A stretch of 64,000 bases of DNA. Origin: a bacterium. Its GTDB lineage: Bacteria; Bacteroidota; Ignavibacteria; Kapaibacteriales; UBA7675. The stretch spans positions 202,447 to 266,446 of the forward strand of contig JAUIKM010000001.1 of the NCBI GenBank assembly GCA_030430495.1. Direction: 5' to 3'. The first letter of the stretch is position 1, and the number at the start of each line of letters is the position of its first letter. This document shows, piece after piece, positions 48,382 through 58,799 of this stretch. A model generated the notes under the pieces. That model was not told the DNA's origin, ran no database searches, and was given only the letters and a program-made list of their open reading frames with translations. Both the position numbers and the translations under genes were made by a program.

Positions 48382-49599
48382 TTACTCGATGATCAGCAGG
48401 CGCGTGATCGAGTTGGCGTTAATGGACAGGCGCAGATAGTACAGGCCGCTCGCAAGCTGGTCGAGGTTGTTAAGCTCAAATTCAACAACCGCGTCTTCGC
48501 GCGGCAGCAGGTCCGTCAGATTGCGCAGAACTTCACCGCGCGAGTTGTACAGCACCAGCAGGACGTCGTTTAATCTGTTCGAGTCGTCGTCCTGCGGCAC
48601 GCTTGTGGCGCGTATCATCGCAGTGGCCGAAGCCGGATTGGGCGACACATCCAGTTCCAGATCGGCCTGGTTGACGTTGAGCAGCCGCGGAATGCCGTTC
48701 TCGTAGTAGATGTCTTCTATGGCAAATGAGCCGTGACCGAGCGCCACCGGACTTAACAGCGTATCGCGCGGCACCAGCGGCAGCGGGACATTCCAGGTCA
48801 ATTCAACCATCTGAATCTGCGACTGCTGCAGATCGCCGAGCATGACCACCATGGGAATATTAAACAGGGTGTCGCCGACATCGATTCGGCTGTCGCGCGT
48901 TACCTGCAGCGATTTCTGCACCGCCTGGATTCCGTGCACGATCGGCGCGCGGTCGCTGATATTGGCCGGCGCAAGCACCGTGGCGTTAATGGTAAAGGTG
49001 ACGCGCGCAAAATTGACGCGCGTCAGCGCATAGGGCCGCGAGTCAAAGCGCTTGAGAATGACGGGCACGTTGATGGTATCGCCGACTTTTCCCGACAAGG
49101 CCGGAATATACACGCTGTCGATCGGCACGCGATCCTGAATCATGTTTGCGCGCAGCTCGACGCGAATCGTGTCGCTGCGGCTGACGAAGGTCGCAAACGC
49201 GGTTTTTATGCCGTTCGGCTCCATTTCCTGCGGCGGAGGCGGGCGGAAAAGGATGTTGATCGCCTCGCGATTATCACGCTGCACCACGAAGCGATTGCGC
49301 AGCACGCGGAACAGTTTTGCATCGGGACCCGTGAGCGGCTGGGCGTTAAAATTGACGTTGATGCTGCGGCAATTGGTGAACACCAGAACCTGGGTGCGTC
49401 CCTCGGAATCGCGGTTGACGTCGCCGAAATCCAGCACCTCGGGAGCGGTGACGGCATTCTCGGTTAACACCCTGTCGCCCGTGGACTTGCCGTCCGGCGG
49501 CGCGGCCAACGACGTTGTCGACGCCGCAACTGCCCACAGCACGACGAACAAAATGGTCATCGGGCAGGGGCCGCCGGGAAAGATAGGACGTTTGATCAT
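48382..49599 (-). CDS. Hypothetical secreted protein with T9SS C-terminal sorting domain (Por_Secre_tail type)
   Basis: Signal peptide after MIKRPIFPGG. The C-terminus LLVLYNSRGEVLRNLTDLLPREDAVVEFELNNLDQLASGLYYLRLSINANSITRLLIIE matches the T9SS CTD pattern. Confidence 0.7.
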   Translation of the reverse strand: MIKRPIFPGGPCPMTILFVVLWAVAASTTSLAAPPDGKSTGDRVLTENAVTAPEVLDFGDVNRDSEGRTQVLVFTNCRSINVNFNAQPLTGPDAKLFRVLRNRFVVQRDNREAINILFRPPPPQEMEPNGIKTAFATFVSRSDTIRVELRANMIQDRVPIDSVYIPALSGKVGDTINVPVILKRFDSRPYALTRVNFARVTFTINATVLAPANISDRAPIVHGIQAVQKSLQVTRDSRIDVGDTLFNIPMVVMLGDLQQSQIQMVELTWNVPLPLVPRDTLLSPVALGHGSFAIEDIYYENGIPRLLNVNQADLELDVSPNPASATAMIRATSVPQDDDSNRLNDVLLVLYNSRGEVLRNLTDLLPREDAVVEFELNNLDQLASGLYYLRLSINANSITRLLIIE

Positions 49600-49779
49600 A
49601 AGGACTTCCGCGGAATGCGACGCAAACTGAAGCGCCGATAATACAAAAAGCGGGCGGCTTGCACAAATGCGACGCGCCGGGACGGGCGGCCGCAATTTGA
49701 TTGCCAGGAAACCGCGAAGTATTTTTGCGGTTGCGTTCCTCGCAAATCTCTTCCTGCTCTACCAACCTGCGGATACTTC

Positions 49780-52518
49780 ATGCACTCTTCCGTTCAGTTG
49801 AATGCCCGGTCGTACGTTTCCACGACCAACACCTCCGTGCCGCGCGCGTGGCACGCATTTCTCCTGATTGTTTTACTGAGTTTCTTTTGTTTGTCATCGG
49901 GAGTTCAGGCTCAGGACTCCAATTCAGGAGTTTTTTCGGGTCGTGTTCTCGATGCCGAAGACAGCGAGCCGGTTCCCGGCGCGGTCGTCGCCGTGCTTGG
50001 AATCCGCCGCGGAGCCATCAGTCGGTCGGACGGTTCGTTCCGCATTATTTTGCCTCCCGGCGCCTATACGGTGCGCATTTCCGCGCTGGGATACGGCATG
50101 GTGCAGGAAGACATATCCGTGTTTCCGGGTGAAAGCACCGAACAGGATTTTATGCTGGAGAGCAGCGTTGTGCAACTGGGTGAGGTGACGGTGACCGTCG
50201 GCTCGCGTGCGGACCGCACCGCCATCGAGACGGCCGCGCCGATCGACATCATCGACGCCCGCGACATTGCGCGCAGTGGATACACGGAACTGGGTGAGGC
50301 GCTGCAACAACTGGCGCCGTCCTTCTTTTCGGCCAATCAGACCGTTGCCGACGGCACGGATCACGTCGATCCCGCCAGCCTGCGCGGCCTCGGCCCGGAC
50401 CAGGTTCTCGTGCTGGTGAACGGCAAACGCCGCCACAATTCGGCCCTGGTCAACGTCAACGGCACGGTGGGCCGCGGATCCGTCGGCACGGATTTTAACG
50501 CCATCCCGATCGCGGCAATCGAACGCATTGAGATTTTACGCGACGGCGCGGGCGCGCAGTACGGCTCGGACGCCATCGCCGGCGTCATCAATATTCAACT
50601 GAAAACGGATCCGCACAAGCTGGAAACCGGCGCGCTGGCCGCCACGACGGCGGAGGGCGACGGCGAAGAGATCATGGCCTACGCCAATCTGGGCGCGGAA
50701 CTGGGCGACATGGGCTATGCCACCGTCACCGCTGAAATTCGCGATCGCCAACCGACCAACCGCGCGGGAACCTACACCGGCGCGGTGTTCAGCGATGATC
50801 CGGCCACGGACGAAGCGCTGATAGCCGAACGCAATTTTGACCGCAATTCGATGCACATCGGTCGCTCGGAGCAGAGCAGCGCCGCACTCTTTTTCAATGC
50901 GCTCACGCCCATATCGCGCGAAGTCGACTTCTACGCCTTCGGTGGTCTCAGCTATCGCGAAGGCCGTGGTTTTGGCTTTTACCGCTACCCGATTCAGGAA
51001 GAACGCGGCAACCTGATCCTCTATCCGGACGGATTTCTGCCGGAGATTTCAACGACTATTCTGGATCAGTCGCTGGCGCTGGGAATGAGCGCGTATTACG
51101 GCGACTGGATCAGCAACTTCAGCCTGAACCACGGCGGCAACACATTCATTTTCGGCGTGGACAATTCCATCAACGCTTCGATGGGACTGGACAGCCCGAC
51201 CGAATTTGACGCCGGAACACTCATCTACGACCAGACCAGCCTGAATGTGGACCTGCTGCGCTACTACAGCGATGAAGAGGCCGGCATTCCGCTGACCCTG
51301 GCAGTCGGCGGCGAATTCCGCGTGGAGCACTACGCCATCGAAGCCGGCGATCCCGAGTCCTGGCAGTTCGGCGGCGACACAACCTCAACGGGCGCGCCCA
51401 AATCGCCCGGAGCGCAGGTGTTTCCCGGCTTCCAGCCCGGCAACGAAGTAAACAAACGCCGCACGAACCTGGCGCTCTATGCCGAACTGGAGAGCGACCT
51501 GAATGAGATGCTTTTTCTTGGTGTCTCGTCGCGCTACGAAAATTACAGCGACTTCGGCGATCAGCTGAGCGCCAAGTTTTCCGGGCGTTTTGCACCGGTC
51601 GAACACCTGGCGTTCCGCGCCACGATCGGGACCGGTTTCCGCGCGCCTTCGCTGCAACAGCGCTATTTCAATAACATCAGCACGCAGTTTGTGGAAGACC
51701 CGACGACGGGAGAACTCGTGGCGCGTCAGGTGCTGACGAGTGAAAACAACAGCCCGGTGACGCGCGCCTTCGGCATTCCTTCGCTCAAGGAAGAAACCAG
51801 TTTGAACATCAGCGCCGGGGTTGTGGTGCAACCGACCGAGAATTTCTCGATCACACTGGACGCCTACCAGATCGACATCGACGACCGCATTGTTCTGTCC
51901 GGCCGTTTTGCCGACAGCGATCCGGCCGCGGCGGCACTTCTTGCGCCGTTCACGTCGGTCTCCGCCGCGCAGTTTTTCACCAACGCCGTCGACACGCGCA
52001 CGCGCGGCATCGACCTGGTACTGGCATACAACATTCGCTTCGGCGGCGGCGAGTTGCTTTCGAGTCTGGCGCTCAACGTCACGCAGACGGAGGTGCAGGC
52101 CATCCACGTTCCCGACGAACTCGTCGGCCTGGAAGAAACGCTGTTTAACCGCGAGGAACAATCGCGTCTGGAGACGGTGACGCCCGGTCAGCAGGCCGTG
52201 CTGGGAATATCGTACCGTTTGAAAGACTGGACGGCCACGGGACGAGTAAACTACTACGGCGAGGTCGAGTACGTACATCCGAGTATTGCCGCGAACGACC
52301 AGACTTTTGCAGCCAAAACCACCGTCGACGCGGAAGTACAGTATCGACTTTTCCAGGGCGTGAGTTTTGGACTGGGCGGCAAGAACGTTTTTGACGTGTA
52401 TCCGGACGAGAACATCGTAGCAAACCAAAGCGATGGCCGCTTTCTGTACAGTCGCCGCGTAACGCAATTCGGTTTTGAGGGCGCCAACTACTATTTGAAG
52501 CTGCACCTGGACCTTTAG
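49780..52518 (+). CDS. TonB-dependent outer-membrane receptor with N-terminal carboxypeptidase-regulatory-like domain
   Basis: CarbopepD_reg-like FSGRVLDAEDSEPVPGAVVAVLGIRRGAISRSDGSFRIILPPGAYTVRISALGYG. Plug DIIDARDIARSGYTELGEALQQLAP. A long beta-barrel follows. Confidence 0.85.
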   Translation: MHSSVQLNARSYVSTTNTSVPRAWHAFLLIVLLSFFCLSSGVQAQDSNSGVFSGRVLDAEDSEPVPGAVVAVLGIRRGAISRSDGSFRIILPPGAYTVRISALGYGMVQEDISVFPGESTEQDFMLESSVVQLGEVTVTVGSRADRTAIETAAPIDIIDARDIARSGYTELGEALQQLAPSFFSANQTVADGTDHVDPASLRGLGPDQVLVLVNGKRRHNSALVNVNGTVGRGSVGTDFNAIPIAAIERIEILRDGAGAQYGSDAIAGVINIQLKTDPHKLETGALAATTAEGDGEEIMAYANLGAELGDMGYATVTAEIRDRQPTNRAGTYTGAVFSDDPATDEALIAERNFDRNSMHIGRSEQSSAALFFNALTPISREVDFYAFGGLSYREGRGFGFYRYPIQEERGNLILYPDGFLPEISTTILDQSLALGMSAYYGDWISNFSLNHGGNTFIFGVDNSINASMGLDSPTEFDAGTLIYDQTSLNVDLLRYYSDEEAGIPLTLAVGGEFRVEHYAIEAGDPESWQFGGDTTSTGAPKSPGAQVFPGFQPGNEVNKRRTNLALYAELESDLNEMLFLGVSSRYENYSDFGDQLSAKFSGRFAPVEHLAFRATIGTGFRAPSLQQRYFNNISTQFVEDPTTGELVARQVLTSENNSPVTRAFGIPSLKEETSLNISAGVVVQPTENFSITLDAYQIDIDDRIVLSGRFADSDPAAAALLAPFTSVSAAQFFTNAVDTRTRGIDLVLAYNIRFGGGELLSSLALNVTQTEVQAIHVPDELVGLEETLFNREEQSRLETVTPGQQAVLGISYRLKDWTATGRVNYYGEVEYVHPSIAANDQTFAAKTTVDAEVQYRLFQGVSFGLGGKNVFDVYPDENIVANQSDGRFLYSRRVTQFGFEGANYYLKLHLDL

Positions 52519-52901
52519 GAGTTCGCTGGGGCGGAGGCGTCGGCAGGTGATTCGGACTATTCCCTCGGCAGCGACAATGTCAGTTCAACAAGCCGCGGTC
52601 AAAATGACTGCGGCTTTTTTGTGCCCGCACCTCACGGGCATCGAATAATGGCAGCACCAGTGGACAAGCCACGCTACCTGAAAATCCCGGGCGGTGAATA
52701 GTCCGCACAATCGTTATTCCGATGTTTTCGCGCAGAGATAAAAGCTGGCACCGGGCGCGTTTGCGATGACCTGTAAACGCATTGCGATAGACTTGACTAC
52801 CGTTGGCAACGGAATTTGCTACGTTTAACCACGTTCTGGCGCCGCTCAGTTTTTTACAGCTTGCGGAGTGGCCTGCGCTGATTAAACTGTCGCTGATGAC
52901 T

Positions 52902-53070
52902 CGCGCGCCGGCAGCGAGGATCCGCGACCGAATGACTCAAAAGAATCTGCACTGAAGCAGGGTGGGAGGAGTGCGTTTGAGCGTGGAGGTACGTCACGTG
53001 GCGGCGGCGGGGAGGTCCCCTGATCTAGCGGGAAGTACGTCAAAAATTTCGATCACTCCCGCTCAACACC
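52902..53070. repeat. Dispersed conserved intergenic element, family B copy 3 (long form)
   Basis: Near-identical to 31468-31640, including the 40-nt 5' extension and the 3' ctcccgctcaacac. Confidence 0.6.
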
Positions 53071-53415
53071 TCAAACCGGCCGTTCAAGCCATGTTAACCA
53101 GCGATCATTCACATCAGCCCCAAAGCCTGAAAACTCCGCACCAAATTTCTTCAATAACTCAAAGCGATTTGAAATTGCCCCCCCAACGGAGCCAATTTCT
53201 GAATGAATGCCCGAGTTTTTCAGTTTAACGTGCCGGTGTTCAAAACAGACTCACACACATGGGAACCCGGAGCCTTCCGACCGACCTGACGTTTAACGAC
53301 CGGACGACGCACTTGTGACTCAATGACTGAAAGCCTGACGTTGCCTGTGCGATGACCACTGTTGTACGGACTTTCCGCCGGCGGACTTCAAACAGACTCG
53401 CATCTTTCAACTCGA

Positions 53416-55659
53416 TTACTTGAGGTTGTAACTGCAACGCACCGTCCACGACCTCCCCGGATACGCCAGCGCTCCCACCGACATCCGATCCGTGTAATAC
53501 ACATCAAACGCGTTCTTGATTCCCAGATTTACGCGCAGCCCATCAGTCACAAGTCGGCCGGCCGAAAGATCCACGACCGTCGCCGCGTCCGCAGGCATCG
53601 AGTCGGGCCACGAGTTCGCCGTCTCGTGGCGGGCAAACAGGTGACGCAACTCCAACCGGCCCGTCCAGACCTCGTCGCGAAAAGTCAGCGCGGTCCGCGC
53701 CTCGCTTTGCGGCAAAAATCCCAGAACTTCATCCAGGCTGGTGTTGCGGCCGTAAAAAGCCTGAAACCGCCCGCTCAACGCCAGCGTCCTGTTTAACTTA
53801 AACCTGGATTCCAGATCAAATCCGGCGCGCAGCGCGTTGCCGATATTCGCATAACGCCGCAGCTCCGGCGTCAGTTTTTCGCTGCCGACAAGATTTGATA
53901 TGACGTAGCTGAAAACATTGGCCGAAATCGAAAAACCTTCCGTTTCCAGGTCCGTCCGCACATTAAACTGCAAGGCCCGCTCCGGATCGATGGACGGATT
54001 GCCCAGATAGAAATAGCCGTCCGAGACCTCAAACAAAAGGTTGCCGTAGAGTTCCAGCTCCGTCGGCGCCCGTTCAACGTAAGCCGCGCCTGCATGCAGC
54101 GCGATGCGATCCTGCACCTCCCACGTAACGCCCGCACTTGCTCCGCCCGTAATAATGTTTCGCGCGGCGGCCGAAACGCCCGTCGAGGCCTCCAGCGAAC
54201 GCCGACCGGCGTCGTCGTTTAATCTGCTGACACTTGTCTCCAGACGCGAGGCAAGCTGCAACAGAATCCGATCTGAGATCGCCCAGGGAATTGTCATGGA
54301 AAGGCCGAAATTATCCGATTGATAATCGCCGATTGTTTTAACATATGCCTGGTCGTTGGCGTCGTCCAGGTTGATCATGCGCATGTCCGCGTCGAGAAAA
54401 TGCCGGATATAGTCCAGTTTAATCCGCGGCAGCAGCGTCGGTCCAATCTGCAGGCGGCCCAGCATGTTAAACCCCAGCGTCGTCGAAATCCCGCGCATCG
54501 GCATGTTCATATTCGGCATGGCGCCGCGCTCGCGTATCTCGGCTTCACTGCGGTCGTAGTCGTCCATACTGTGATCGATGCGATTGGCGTAAACCTGCGA
54601 CTCCACTCCGTAAAACACGTCGCCGGGCGACGTCCATTCGTGTTTAAGTGAAAAGATCCAGGCGTCGGCGCGGCGGGCGTCCATAATCAGAGCCGGATAT
54701 CCAACATCGCGCGCCATGTCCAGTACCAGAGAGGAACGCAGCACATTGCGCGTGTTTAACTTCAGTGTCGTTGCCAGGTAACTGTTGAATTTGTGGTAAG
54801 CCGATCCTTCCACCACGCTATTGTCGCCGGCGCGGAAGTCGCCGCTGCTGCGCATTGAAGCCGAGAGGTGCAGGGCGGCCGTGCTGTCGCCGCCCGCCAG
54901 ACTCAGCAGGGCATCGCCGCCGCTTCCATTGCTGTTGTAAGCGACATCCGCTTTGGCGCGCCACGGTCTGTCCAAAGCTGCTTTTAACATTTTCAGGTCG
55001 ATGCTGCCGCCGACCGTCGTGCCGTTTTCAAGCTGCGGCGCATCGCGCGAAATCTCGGCCTCGTCCAGGTTGTGCGCTTCAACGTAAGCTGCGGCGGGAT
55101 CCATGTGATCCACACAGGCGCCGTACATGCGCATGCCGTCAATCGTCAGTCCCTGCCGTCCCGTGCGCATGCCGTTTACCGTTGGTTCGGCGGCAAAATT
55201 AGAGCGGCGCAGCAGGTGCACGCCGCTGTTTTCCTCCAACACTGCTTCGATATTCTTGTTTGTCCCGCGGGCTGCGCCGCCGCTGTGGGAGTCAAACACA
55301 AGTACTTCCGCGGTGCGGAATTCCGACCGCAACTGCAGGGCGATGTTGTGGCGCTGAATGTTGCCGGTCGTTTCCGACAGCTGCCCGACATTCAGATCGA
55401 TCAGCCGTGTTTTATACGTATCGCAGGCGCATTCCAGACGAACGCGGCCGGGCGGCAGATTGAGTCGACAGAGGCCGCTCGCATCGCTCGTGTAAATGCT
55501 GTCGCTGTTAAACACGCGGATCGTCGCGCCCGGCAGTGCCAGTCCGCTTGTGCTGTCCCGCACCGCAAGGTGAACCTCAACGCCGTAGATTTGACAGGGC
55601 GCAAGCAGGCAGAGCAGCAGAAAAACTGCCGCTCTGTTTCTTGATATTTTCAGTTGCAT
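53416..55659 (-). CDS. TonB-dependent outer-membrane receptor with N-terminal carboxypeptidase-regulatory-like domain
   Basis: VEVHLAVRDSTSGLALPGATIRVFNSDSIYTSDASGLCRLNLPPGRVRLE. Plug EAVLEENSGVHLLRRSNFAAEPTVNGMRTGRQGLTIDGMRMYGAC. Its start codon overlaps the upstream lipoprotein stop. Confidence 0.85.
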   Translation of the reverse strand: MQLKISRNRAAVFLLLCLLAPCQIYGVEVHLAVRDSTSGLALPGATIRVFNSDSIYTSDASGLCRLNLPPGRVRLECACDTYKTRLIDLNVGQLSETTGNIQRHNIALQLRSEFRTAEVLVFDSHSGGAARGTNKNIEAVLEENSGVHLLRRSNFAAEPTVNGMRTGRQGLTIDGMRMYGACVDHMDPAAAYVEAHNLDEAEISRDAPQLENGTTVGGSIDLKMLKAALDRPWRAKADVAYNSNGSGGDALLSLAGGDSTAALHLSASMRSSGDFRAGDNSVVEGSAYHKFNSYLATTLKLNTRNVLRSSLVLDMARDVGYPALIMDARRADAWIFSLKHEWTSPGDVFYGVESQVYANRIDHSMDDYDRSEAEIRERGAMPNMNMPMRGISTTLGFNMLGRLQIGPTLLPRIKLDYIRHFLDADMRMINLDDANDQAYVKTIGDYQSDNFGLSMTIPWAISDRILLQLASRLETSVSRLNDDAGRRSLEASTGVSAAARNIITGGASAGVTWEVQDRIALHAGAAYVERAPTELELYGNLLFEVSDGYFYLGNPSIDPERALQFNVRTDLETEGFSISANVFSYVISNLVGSEKLTPELRRYANIGNALRAGFDLESRFKLNRTLALSGRFQAFYGRNTSLDEVLGFLPQSEARTALTFRDEVWTGRLELRHLFARHETANSWPDSMPADAATVVDLSAGRLVTDGLRVNLGIKNAFDVYYTDRMSVGALAYPGRSWTVRCSYNLK

Positions 55660-56477
55660 CAGGGCACCTGAACGAACATTTCAATGCCTTCGAGCCGGAC
55701 GGTCGATTCCTGGCCGATCGGAATCTCGACGTCGAATGTTAAACGCCAGCGGCCGCTCATGGTGAAGTTGGCCTGCCCCTTAAACAAACCCGGCGTTTCG
55801 CTCGCAACCGGGGATACATTGTTGTTGGAGCCGTGCCCCATACTCGGCATGTCCGGCTCCATTGCAACCGTGGCAACGCTGACGGGGTGGAATTGCATCA
55901 GCGACTTCTGATCGTAGAGCACAAATTCAATGTCGTTTAAACCCACTTTCCAGTCCGCTTTTTTCAACGCCACGGCGTAGTTGTCTTCCGCTCCGCCCGT
56001 ATTCGGCCCGACGATTTTACAGTAGTCGGCCGGCAGCACGTCCAGCCTGAAATCCTGCTTCAGTTCCACGCCGTTTACCTGTACGGTGAGCGCGAGATTC
56101 CATTTGCGATTGCCCATCGACGGCATAATGAACACCAGATCAAACTTGTCGCCGTCCGGCCCCGTGCGCGGCGCGGAATGCATCAGGTCGTTGTCCATCT
56201 GCATCGTCGGCAGGTATTGCCAGAAGTCGGGCGTCACAACTTTATTCGTCGACAAATCAATCACTTCCAGGCGCAATTGATTGTAGCCGACATACAGTTG
56301 CTCCAGTCCCCAGATGTTAATCAGGTAACCGTCCAGTTCAATCCAGGTAATGCGCGTCGTGTAGTTCTGGTCGTCCGTGGGTGTATTGTCGGGGCCGCTT
56401 GTACTGTCGTCATCACACCCCGTGACAAACAAAAAGCTCATGCAGAGCGCAGCGATCAGAGTAGTTCGTAACAGCAT
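55659..56477 (-). CDS. Lipoprotein with Met/His-rich motif (MEPDMPSMGHGSNN); possible metal/ligand-binding partner of the downstream TonB receptor
   Basis: Lipobox FLFVTGCDDDS. Translationally coupled (1-nt overlap) with the TonB-dependent receptor gene. Confidence 0.65.
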   Translation of the reverse strand: MLLRTTLIAALCMSFLFVTGCDDDSTSGPDNTPTDDQNYTTRITWIELDGYLINIWGLEQLYVGYNQLRLEVIDLSTNKVVTPDFWQYLPTMQMDNDLMHSAPRTGPDGDKFDLVFIMPSMGNRKWNLALTVQVNGVELKQDFRLDVLPADYCKIVGPNTGGAEDNYAVALKKADWKVGLNDIEFVLYDQKSLMQFHPVSVATVAMEPDMPSMGHGSNNNVSPVASETPGLFKGQANFTMSGRWRLTFDVEIPIGQESTVRLEGIEMFVQVP

Positions 56478-56831
56478 ATATTCACCATCTGCGTTGTTTT
56501 GACAGGCTTAAAAGGTCAGAGATTATTCTGATCGGACCCCGGCCGTGACCTGCATCAATGGCTATGCGACGCAAAACGTTCCCATCCGCGTCCAATGAAC
56601 ACTCGGAATGGTACGAAGCTTCGGCACAATAGCAAAACACAGGTGCAGGCACAGCGGATCCGTTTGCACGCGGCGGAAAGTACTCCGGCGGCAAATCAGA
56701 TGTGGTTCGGACAACAAGGCGGGCGTTCGGAAGGGGGCAAGGCGCTGCGCCGACATTGCGAAGCGCACGCATTTACTCTCTTTTAAACAGCCGCTTTTGT
56801 TTGTTAACGGGTTTGAATCAGCTGTGTAAAC

Positions 56832-57191
56832 TTAAACGCGCGGAGGTTGTTCGGGCAGGCGTAAAAAACCCTTGAGTGCGGCGGCGCTTGAATCCACCCG
56901 GTAGGAATGATGTGACAGACCGGGAGTGTGTTCAATCTGGGCGATGCGCGCAGGCGGTGCGAGTTGAATCGTGTGATTTTCCTGTTGAAAGCCGCCTTTG
57001 TCCTCGCCGCGCTGCTCCTTGTCGACTTTTACGATATGACATTTACCTTTGCAGCAGTCCGATTGCGGGTTGACGCAGTAGGTCGCGGCAACCCAGTCGC
57101 TGCAACCATAGTAAACGGTCCAGAGCACGGCGGCGCCGTGGAAGTGAACTCCCAGCAGGATGAGGACAAGAATGGAAACGAGTTTTTTCAC
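56832..57191 (-). CDS. Small Cys-rich secreted/membrane-anchored protein (119 aa; CVNPQSDCCKGKCH)
   Basis: N-terminal hydrophobic helix MKKLVSILVLILLGVHF, then a CX7CCX3CH cluster. No family recognised. Confidence 0.4.
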   Translation of the reverse strand: MKKLVSILVLILLGVHFHGAAVLWTVYYGCSDWVAATYCVNPQSDCCKGKCHIVKVDKEQRGEDKGGFQQENHTIQLAPPARIAQIEHTPGLSHHSYRVDSSAAALKGFLRLPEQPPRV

Positions 57192-57256
57192 GGGCGCAAA
57201 TTACTGCCGTATTCACAACTATGCAAGAAAATGTTAAACAAATTTGGTCCGCGGAC

Positions 57257-57709
57257 TTATCCGGCGCGGCGCTTCTCCAGCCATTCTTCCACGGAGTATT
57301 TGCCGGCTTTGTGATGCAGGAAGTGGAAACAGGCGCCGAGCAGACAGAGGTTCTTAAACAAATTGCTGCGCTGGTAGACGTCCCACAGCCAGGCGCAGTC
57401 CGCATCGATCTCCGGCGACATGGCAAAAACCGCCGGCAGGTGAACAACAACATTGACGACTACGAGAAACAGTCCCAGAATCACCGCACCCCAGCGAATC
57501 CGAAAACCGACCATGATCGAGACGCCGCCCAGCAGCAGAACGATGCCCGTCAGAATCGAGATGGTGCGCTCAAAGCCGATCCAGTGCGGCATCAGGTGTT
57601 GCAGTAGTTCGTCGGCAAACAGATGCTCAAGTCCCAGGCCGACAAATATCAGGCTGAACAGAAAGCGGAAAACAAGACAGGACAAATCGTAGGAAATCCA
57701 GTTAAGCAT
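57257..57709 (-). CDS. DoxX-like small integral membrane protein (4 TM)
   Basis: Four hydrophobic helices of DoxX-type spacing. Overlaps the SDR gene by 8 nt. The family call is tentative. Confidence 0.45.
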   Translation of the reverse strand: MLNWISYDLSCLVFRFLFSLIFVGLGLEHLFADELLQHLMPHWIGFERTISILTGIVLLLGGVSIMVGFRIRWGAVILGLFLVVVNVVVHLPAVFAMSPEIDADCAWLWDVYQRSNLFKNLCLLGACFHFLHHKAGKYSVEEWLEKRRAG

Positions 57710-58667
57710 CTTGGTCCACCCATGACTTGATGTTCGGCAATCCGCGGTACAGCACCGCGTGGTACAGCCGGCGCGGCAGGAATTTGCGCAGATAAAAAAA
57801 GAACCAGGCGTCCAGCGTCGCCGGAACGCGCAGCGGCGGCTTCCCGCTGTTCATCGTGCGCACGATGCGCCGCGCGATATTCTCCGGGCGGGTAGGCGAA
57901 AACTTCATCATGCGCTCGATAAAGGGCAGCATGTTGCTGTAATAGTGATAGTAGGTGCTGCAGTCGTCCGCCAGGGAGTCGCGGCAGCGCCGCGTGATGC
58001 GCGCATGCCGGAAGGAGTCCGAATGCACAAATCCCGGCTCAAACAGCGTGACGTTGACGCCCCAGGGCTTCAGTTCGTAGTACAGCGCCTCGCTGCCGCC
58101 CTCCAGCGCAAACTTGGACGCAGAATACGGACCCATCGTCGGCATCGCCATCATGCCGCCCACGGATGAAACGTTGATGATGTGGCCGCTGCGTTTGGCC
58201 CGCATCCGAGGAAGCACCAGACGCGCCAGTTCCATCGGACCAAAGTAGTTGACGTCAAACTGTTTTTGTTCCTCGTCCGGGCTGATGTCTTCCATCACGG
58301 CGCGCACCGTCAGGCCGGCGTTGTTGACGAGCACATCCACGCCGTTCCACATCATGCTGATTTCATTGATGAGACTTTTGCGCTCAACCGGGTTGGTGAC
58401 GTCCAGCGGGCGAATGAGAAGCCGTTCGTTGTCGACCAGGCCCTCGCTCCCGAAGCGCGGCAGGGAGGAGTCCCGTGCGGTTGCAACGATGCGCATGTCC
58501 GTTTTCAGGAGTTCGCGCACCAGCGCCAGGCCGATGCCCGTGCTTGCCCCAGTTACCAAGACCACCCGTCGCCGGCTTGCTACAGCTTGCTGCATTGTCC
58601 CCTTCCTCATGAACTTCGTGATGCGGCCTTGCGCCGCTCGCCAAAAATACAACCGCGGCGTTAGCAT
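57702..58667 (-). CDS. Short-chain dehydrogenase/reductase (SDR family oxidoreductase)
   Basis: VVLVTGASTGIGLALVREL (TGxxxGxG) and YSASKFALEG (YxxxK). The probable start is MQQAVASRRR near 58592. Confidence 0.85.
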   Translation of the reverse strand: MLTPRLYFWRAAQGRITKFMRKGTMQQAVASRRRVVLVTGASTGIGLALVRELLKTDMRIVATARDSSLPRFGSEGLVDNERLLIRPLDVTNPVERKSLINEISMMWNGVDVLVNNAGLTVRAVMEDISPDEEQKQFDVNYFGPMELARLVLPRMRAKRSGHIINVSSVGGMMAMPTMGPYSASKFALEGGSEALYYELKPWGVNVTLFEPGFVHSDSFRHARITRRCRDSLADDCSTYYHYYSNMLPFIERMMKFSPTRPENIARRIVRTMNSGKPPLRVPATLDAWFFFYLRKFLPRRLYHAVLYRGLPNIKSWVDQDA

Positions 58668-58799
58668 ACAAGCTCCGCCGCGCGTTCAATCTTCGCGTCC
58701 GTCTTCGAGGCGCTTCACAAACAAAAGGCCCTGCCTCCGCGGGGAGACAGGGCCTGTCATTATCACGAGGTCGGTCGTTGGCCGCCTTTGGCGTCGGTA

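Noticed and set aside
55659-56477. HmuY-type heme-binding lipoprotein upstream of a HmuR-type receptor
   Set aside because: The gene order is reminiscent of hmuY-hmuR, but I could not align the sequence to HmuY from memory. Left as one of several possibilities only.
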